Assembly: GCF_006345805.1 (NCBI RefSeq)
Contig: NW_021825988.1
Coordinates: forward strand, 1 to 13,904
Source: Octopus sinensis
Lineage: Eukaryota
Length of the DNA stretch: 13,904 nucleotides
Reading direction: 5' to 3'
In this document: in pieces, positions 9,021 through 13,904 of the stretch
Layout of the letters: every line of letters starts with the position of its first letter
Numbering within the stretch: the stretch's first letter is position 1
Made by a program: the position numbers and the translations under genes
Notes under the pieces: generated by a model
Seen by the model: only the letters and a program-made list of their open reading frames with translations
What the model was told of the DNA's origin: nothing
The model's database searches: none

Positions 9021-9465
9021 TTCATCATCATTGTTCGACCGCGGTCGAGACAATGGAATTTACTATGCTACGCCAGACTTCACGGTCCATCATAGCATTA
9101 CGGAGGTCCTGTTGCTAGATGCCTGTATCCCTGGAGATTACATCAGGGTAGGAGAGTGTGCGCCCTCTGTAAATGGCTTCCAGAGGAAAAGAGCAGAAAT
9201 TACCTCGTTTTCAGCTCTTCAACAATGTCCAGCAAACTGAACTCGTCTACCTTTCACAAGAGATGATACAGGCTGTAGTTTCCCATATATTTGTACTTTG
9301 GTTGGATAACGCTTCCGCGAGAGATTTTGAGCTCTCATAAGGAGGCGAGCGTAAGTTCCATCCAACCGCCTCTCAAGCTTCTTTGATAACGTCCAGGTTT
9401 CTGAGCCATATAGTAGAATTGGTTCGACTGTGGCTTTGAAGATTTTAAGTTTGTAATCTCTACTT
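9021..9465 (-). mobile_element. 5'-truncated RTE-group LINE 3' end
   Basis: Minus strand reads SRDYKLKIFKATVEPILLYGSETWTLSKKLERRLDGTYARLLMRAQNLS...KGRRVQFAGHC*R. After a frameshift it continues RGRTLSYPDVISRDTGI..AMMDREVWRSIVNSIVSTAVEQ*, then a (TGA)n tail. YGSETW is at 9393-9410. Confidence 0.88.
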
Positions 9466-9850
9466 AAGATTACGCAGCTTGTGACCTATCATACCATGGT
9501 CGACTTTATCAAAGTCTTTTGCAAAGTCGCGATATATCACGTTCACATTGGAGTTGTTGGGTAGCTGCTTTAGCACCCAGTTGTAGTGCTGCAAAAGCTG
9601 TGTCAAGCAGCATCTACCTGGTCGAAAACCATGCTGGGTATCAGTAAGCATGCCATTCTCTTTAAGGAATGCAATTAGTTTCCTTCGGACTATTCGTTCC
9701 ATGATTTCGGAGATGTGTGAAGTCAGACATAATATAGACCCACAGTTTTTAGCATCTGTTCTGCTTCCTCCTTTATTATTAGGATAGATTATTCCTTCTT
9801 TCAGTTTCCCTGCAGAGATATTTGATTCCTGAAACAGAATGCAATTAAGT
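9466..9850 (-). mobile_element. CR1/L2-group LINE reverse transcriptase N-terminal fragment (pseudogenic)
   Basis: ORF 9460-9873 contains LKEGIIYP..KGGSR, CLTSHISEIMERIV, QHGFRPGRCCLTQLL and VIYRDFAKDFDKVDH, which are conserved non-LTR RT motifs. It is cut off well before the YxDD motif. Confidence 0.9.
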
Positions 9851-9930
9851 GTTTCACCGATGATACATTGCAATTACGCTCAAAATTCTGAGTTCCAAAT
9901 AACTGCAGTGGTGAAACGTGCGTAGGGTCT

Positions 9931-9953
9931 AATCTATCTGTCTGTCGGTCTGC

Positions 9954-9984
<31 letters not shown>

Positions 9985-9986
9985 TC

Positions 9987-10033
<47 letters not shown>

Positions 10034-10075
10034 GTCCCTGTGTGTCTGACTGCCTGTCTATCTGTCTATGTGTGT
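9931..10075. repeat. (TCTG)n/(TCTA)n tetranucleotide microsatellite
   Basis: Seen directly. Confidence 0.95.
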
Positions 10076-10080
10076 TTGCA

Positions 10081-10319
10081 GGCGGCGAGCTGGCAGAAAC
10101 GTTAGCACGCCGGGCGAAAATGCGAAATGCGTAGCCGTATTTCGTCTGTCGTTACGTTCTGAGCTCAAATTCTGCCGAGGTCGACTTTGCCTTTCATCCT
10201 TTCGGGGTCGATAAATTTAGTATCAGTTACGCACTGGGGTCGATGTAATCGACTTAATCCCTTTGTCTGTCCTTGTTTGTCCCTTCTGTGTTTAGCCCCT
10301 TGTGGGTAGTAAAGAAATA
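10081..10319 (+). mobile_element. Full-length tRNA-derived SINE, copy 2
   Basis: Differs from the reverse complement of 7095-7325 by 10 substitutions and one 8-nt duplication (hand alignment). Its B-box is mutated (gagctcaaattct). Confidence 0.92.
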
Positions 10320-10560
10320 TATGTGTGTTTGTGTATATACGCGCGCGCATGCGCGCACACACATATACATATACATATATATATATACACACACACATAC
10401 ATATATACACACACATAAACACACTTACATACATTTATGTCACTCTTTATCTATGTAGGTAGACAGACAGACAGACGGACGGACGGACGGACAGACAGAC
10501 AGACAGACAGACAGGACAACAGATAGATAAAAAGATAGACAAACAGACAGACAGATAATA
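10320..10560. repeat. (TA/CA)n then (AGAC/GGAC/AGAT)n microsatellites
   Basis: Seen directly. Confidence 0.95.
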
Positions 10561-10869
10561 TTTTGGTTTGATTTTATTGACTTTTCCAGACTCGTACGAG
10601 TCATTCCAATAACACCTTGTGATTATATTTCGATTACCGTCAATCGTATGTTCACAGCAAACATCACCAATGCTACAGCAGCAGCAACAACAATATCACC
10701 GTTACAGTAACGATAGTAACAGCATCGGCAACAATAAACCTTGTTCTGATCACCGCTATAACATCTTCAAACACCAATGTTAACACGGCTACACGCAGAA
10801 TTTTATTTCACAATTATTTCGCCTTACCTCAACCAACGCTATTTTCTAAGCCCGCTCTATACTGTGTAC

Positions 10870-11006
10870 ATCCATATATGTGCATTTGCGTGTGTCTATA
10901 CATAACTACACACACACGCATATACACAGATATATGTATATATTTACTTATGAATATATATATGTACATACGTATATATACACAAATATACACAATTATA
11001 TATATA

Positions 11007-11039
<33 letters not shown>

Positions 11040-11360
11040 ATACTTATATGTATTATATATATGTATATATATATATATATACTTATATATATGTATATAT
11101 ACATGCATGCATACCCACATACATGTATGCATATATATACATATATTGCATTGGCCAATTTTCTGTAAACAAAAGTATAGTCCTTAATAAGTGTGTGTGT
11201 GTGTACACACACATGCATGCATGTATACGTATATTGCACCAGCTAAATTTCCTTGAACAAAAGTATAGTGCTCAATAAGTGTGTGTATGTATGCATGTAT
11301 GTATGTATATATGTATACATGCATGCATACATGCGCGCATATATACACGCGCACACATTA
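10870..11360. repeat. Compound (TA)n/(TG)n/(CATG) microsatellite block containing an 88-bp-period duplication
   Basis: atattgca..aacaaaagtatagt..aataagtgtgtgt starts at 11143 and again at 11231. Confidence 0.9.
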
Positions 11361-12119
11361 GCATCACCAATATATGAAGTAACACATTGTTATCAATACA
11401 AGACAGTTAAAAATCCAAACAATATTTTGGTTACAGTTACGTTCCACAAGCATTCCTTGCACGAAGAGTATTTATATGAATTTCCTACCATGCGCAAAAA
11501 CAGAACTGGTTCATCCTATTAAAGACCACTTAGCTGAGCTGGATAGTTTCCATCGGATGGAGAATTCAGATGCAGCCAAGAGGTTCTGGGTGTTTAGATG
11601 CATCCTTAATTTTTAGTTTGGTTGCAGTGCGGGAGATTGTAAAAAGACTGTAAAGCTGTGGGAGAGTAGGAAAATAAAATGTGGAGGGTCTTGACGAAGA
11701 CACAAGATAAAAACAAAGGTAGGAATAAAGGTGCAATGTGTAATATATCAAAATGTGTGTATATATATATGCATGTATGTATATATATGTATATTCTCAT
11801 TCTACATGGAGTGAAAAACGAGATGGACGCTTTGTTTTTGTTTTGGTGCCTCGCTCTGTTGTACACGACTATGAGGATTTGCATCCCCAACGTAAATCGT
11901 CTTTTTCCCAAACTTATAATGTAATACATGTCCTTGGAGTAGTAATTGTGCGCGGCTGAAGAAGGCTATTGACATACATATTACATCAATTATGCATTGA
12001 TATAAACTGTCTAATAAAAGCCAGAAACATATGTACCGCTAAATCCTTTGCTTCATGTTTTTCTTTTGATAAATATATATATATGTATATATATATTATA
12101 TATTATATATACATATATC

Positions 12120-12151
<32 letters not shown>

Positions 12152-12180
12152 CTGTCTGTATGTCTTTATATTTGTCTCCT

Positions 12181-12370
12181 ACCACCGTCCGAAAACTTGT
12201 GTTGGTGTGTTTTCGTTCCCATACTTTAGTAGTTGCGCGGAAGAGACCGATAGAATAAGTTCCAGGTTTAAAAATAATAAGTAATGAGGTCGATTCATTC
12301 GACTAAAAAACAATTCTTCAAGGCGATGCTCCAGCATGGCTGCAGTTTAATGACTAAAACAAGAAAAAGA
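12181..12370 (+). mobile_element. SINE 3' tail fragment downstream of a (TA)n/(TG)n tract
   Basis: gttggtgtgtttt...aagagaccgatagaataagt...gaggtcgattcattcgactaaa...ggcgatgctccagcatggctgcagtttaatgactaaaacaag. Confidence 0.8.
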
Positions 12371-12389
12371 CCAAATATAAGGTTTCAAG

Positions 12390-12905
12390 TTTTTCGTCAA
12401 GCACAATAAAGATCTTCACTAAGAACCTCGTTTCAGATTTTACCGCTTTCAAATTTTTCTGCTACTTGCTTCTTGTAATTCTCAAATCTACGGTCAATCT
12501 GATTAGTACAGTTTGCCAACATGATGGATACGCCCATCGTGTCTCAAGTTATACATATGAGTTCCATGTCAAACCTGTACAAACGTCACTGCAAGCGAGG
12601 TAATCACGCATTTAGAAACCAAAAACGAAGGAAAGACACATCCATATCCGCATTCATCTGGGACCTAAAATACAAGCATAAATAAATAAATAAATAAGAA
12701 TTATTTAATATCAAGTCAAGCATCATTATGAAAGCTAATTTGTAGAAGGGAAATAAAGCAGAAAAAAAAAAAAAAAGAAAAATTACGCAATTTATGTACC
12801 GCAGAATCTTATGAAACGCTCTTACCTAGGAAAAAACAACCACGTCAACAAACATTCTGAAAGAACCTCTTCGTATCGACGTAAAATATATGAAATATTT
12901 AGACA
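12390..12905 (+). mobile_element. Decayed Penelope-like element, GIY-YIG endonuclease region
   Basis: Collinear plus-strand pieces: AFRNQKRRKDTSISAFIWDLKYKH (12608-12679), NIKSSIIMKA, RNLCTAESYETLL and VNKHSERTSSYRRKIYEIF. These follow the recalled PLE pattern SFR..T.LS.YIW.LK..I.W.II.KA..CNLC..E..LNKRSE...CRH. The region is broken by stops, an (AAAT)n run and poly-A. Confidence 0.68.
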
Positions 12906-13345
12906 TTTTTCACAGAGAAAATATCCTCCTAATCGATAATACCATTCTTTGCGGCGCATCATTTCATTCTACTCGTCCACACATTTTTCTTTCATTTCCA
13001 AACAATCACGGTACTTAGAACAACATTACATGATATTCTGCTCTCGTTAGCCCATTTATACTAATTTCAAGCGCAAACAGGCCACATAATAGTTTTCTAA
13101 TGTAAATACCCAAACCCATTTAGATCTTTTACTAACTCGTATATAAGTGAACTTTTAGCGAGTGTGAATGTGTGTGAGAGGGATAAAAATGTGGTGCAGG
13201 GACGTATTCACAGAGAAAGAGGAGAGCTAAAATATAGACAAGCCCACAATTTCCTCCACAAAATAGCTCCCTAACATTTTGAAAAATATTTACTCAAAGG
13301 TTACAATAACAATCAATTTATTTTAAGGGCGGTATATTAATTATT

Positions 13346-13799
13346 TCGTACTTTTTAATATTCAGATTATATGTCGTAATTTTTTTTTCTTTTCAATTCA
13401 AATGCATGCAAATGGTGACATAATTCTGTCACCATTTTTTCCTCGTTTATCACGGTAGTATGGTTCCAAAAACAAACAGAATAAACAGTGATAAACGAAT
13501 CAGGTCCATGCATTTTGTAAATGTAACAAATGGTAATTCATTAACACAAATTAATAATTCATCACTAAGCAGTCGTACTTTTTAATATCCAGATTATAAT
13601 ATTTCGTAATTTTTTTTCTTTTCAATTCAAATGCATGAAAATGATGACATAATTCTGTCACATTTTTCCTCGTTTATCACGGTAGCATGGCTCAAAAAAC
13701 AAACAGAATAAACAGTGATAAACGAATCAGGTCCATGCATTTTGTAAATGCAACAAATGGTAATTCTTTAGCACAAATTAGTAATTTATCAGTAAGCAG
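13346..13799. repeat. Two-copy 227-bp tandem duplication
   Basis: Units are 13346-13572 and 13573-13799. Both start tcgtactttttaatat and end taagcag. About 13 substitutions plus a few small indels by hand alignment. Confidence 0.95.
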
Positions 13800-13904
13800 T
13801 GATGAATGAATCAGTGATAAAAGAGGCTACATGTATTAACTGAAGAGATTTGATCAAGTCCGCCTGGAAACGAGAACATAGACAGGCATCATGGGAGACA
13901 CACG

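Noticed and set aside
10589-10790. 14-bp palindrome gactcgtacgagtc and a Thr/Ala-rich frame after a plus acceptor
   Set aside because: The frame reflects degenerate (ACA/GCA)n repeat, and an isolated short palindrome is not informative.
10828-10870. Strong minus-strand donor GAG|gtaagg at 10828/10827
   Set aside because: All frames from the nearby acceptors hit stops, so there is no coding exon. A non-coding exon cannot be assessed.
11810-11930. GPCR TM1-ICL1-like string LGMQILIVVYNRARHQNKNKASISFF
   Set aside because: It lacks the GN motif and any continuation into further TM segments, so it is likely coincidence.
10829-12284. ORFs 10829-11239, 10878-11168, 10880-11278, 11969-12229 and 12048-12284
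   Set aside because: Same microsatellite artefact.
13410-13666. SECIS or iron-responsive element in the duplicated hairpin or cagtga motifs
   Set aside because: No UGA/GA quartet partner, and the CAGUGA motifs lack a flanking stem.

Overview
This is AT-rich, microsatellite-dense eukaryotic non-coding DNA, not prokaryotic. It looks intronic or intergenic. The tRNA-derived SINE families and the (TA)n/(TG)n/(TCTA)n density point to an octopus/coleoid cephalopod genome (inferred from recalled repeat families, not from a search). No complete protein-coding gene is visible, and nearly all ORF-track entries are translations of microsatellites. Supportable content: one complete 516-bp non-autonomous Helitron (5278-5793); two ~96%-identical inverted copies of a tRNA-derived SINE (7095-7325 minus, 10081-10319 plus); a CORE-type SINE with repeated tail modules; decayed LINE pieces of two types, CR1/L2-like (RT core and C-terminus) and RTE-like (two C-termini), including a direct CR1-RT/RTE junction; a decayed Penelope-like GIY-YIG endonuclease region; and a 227-bp tandem duplication. 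There are weak hints of a minus-strand host gene: a 75-nt phase-0 exon candidate at 788-862 and a strong acceptor at 4-26. The best non-repeat candidate is an 84-nt hairpin (3710-3793) that pairs much better on the minus strand through G.U wobbles and has pri-miRNA-like geometry. I see no firm evidence of a new multi-gene system.
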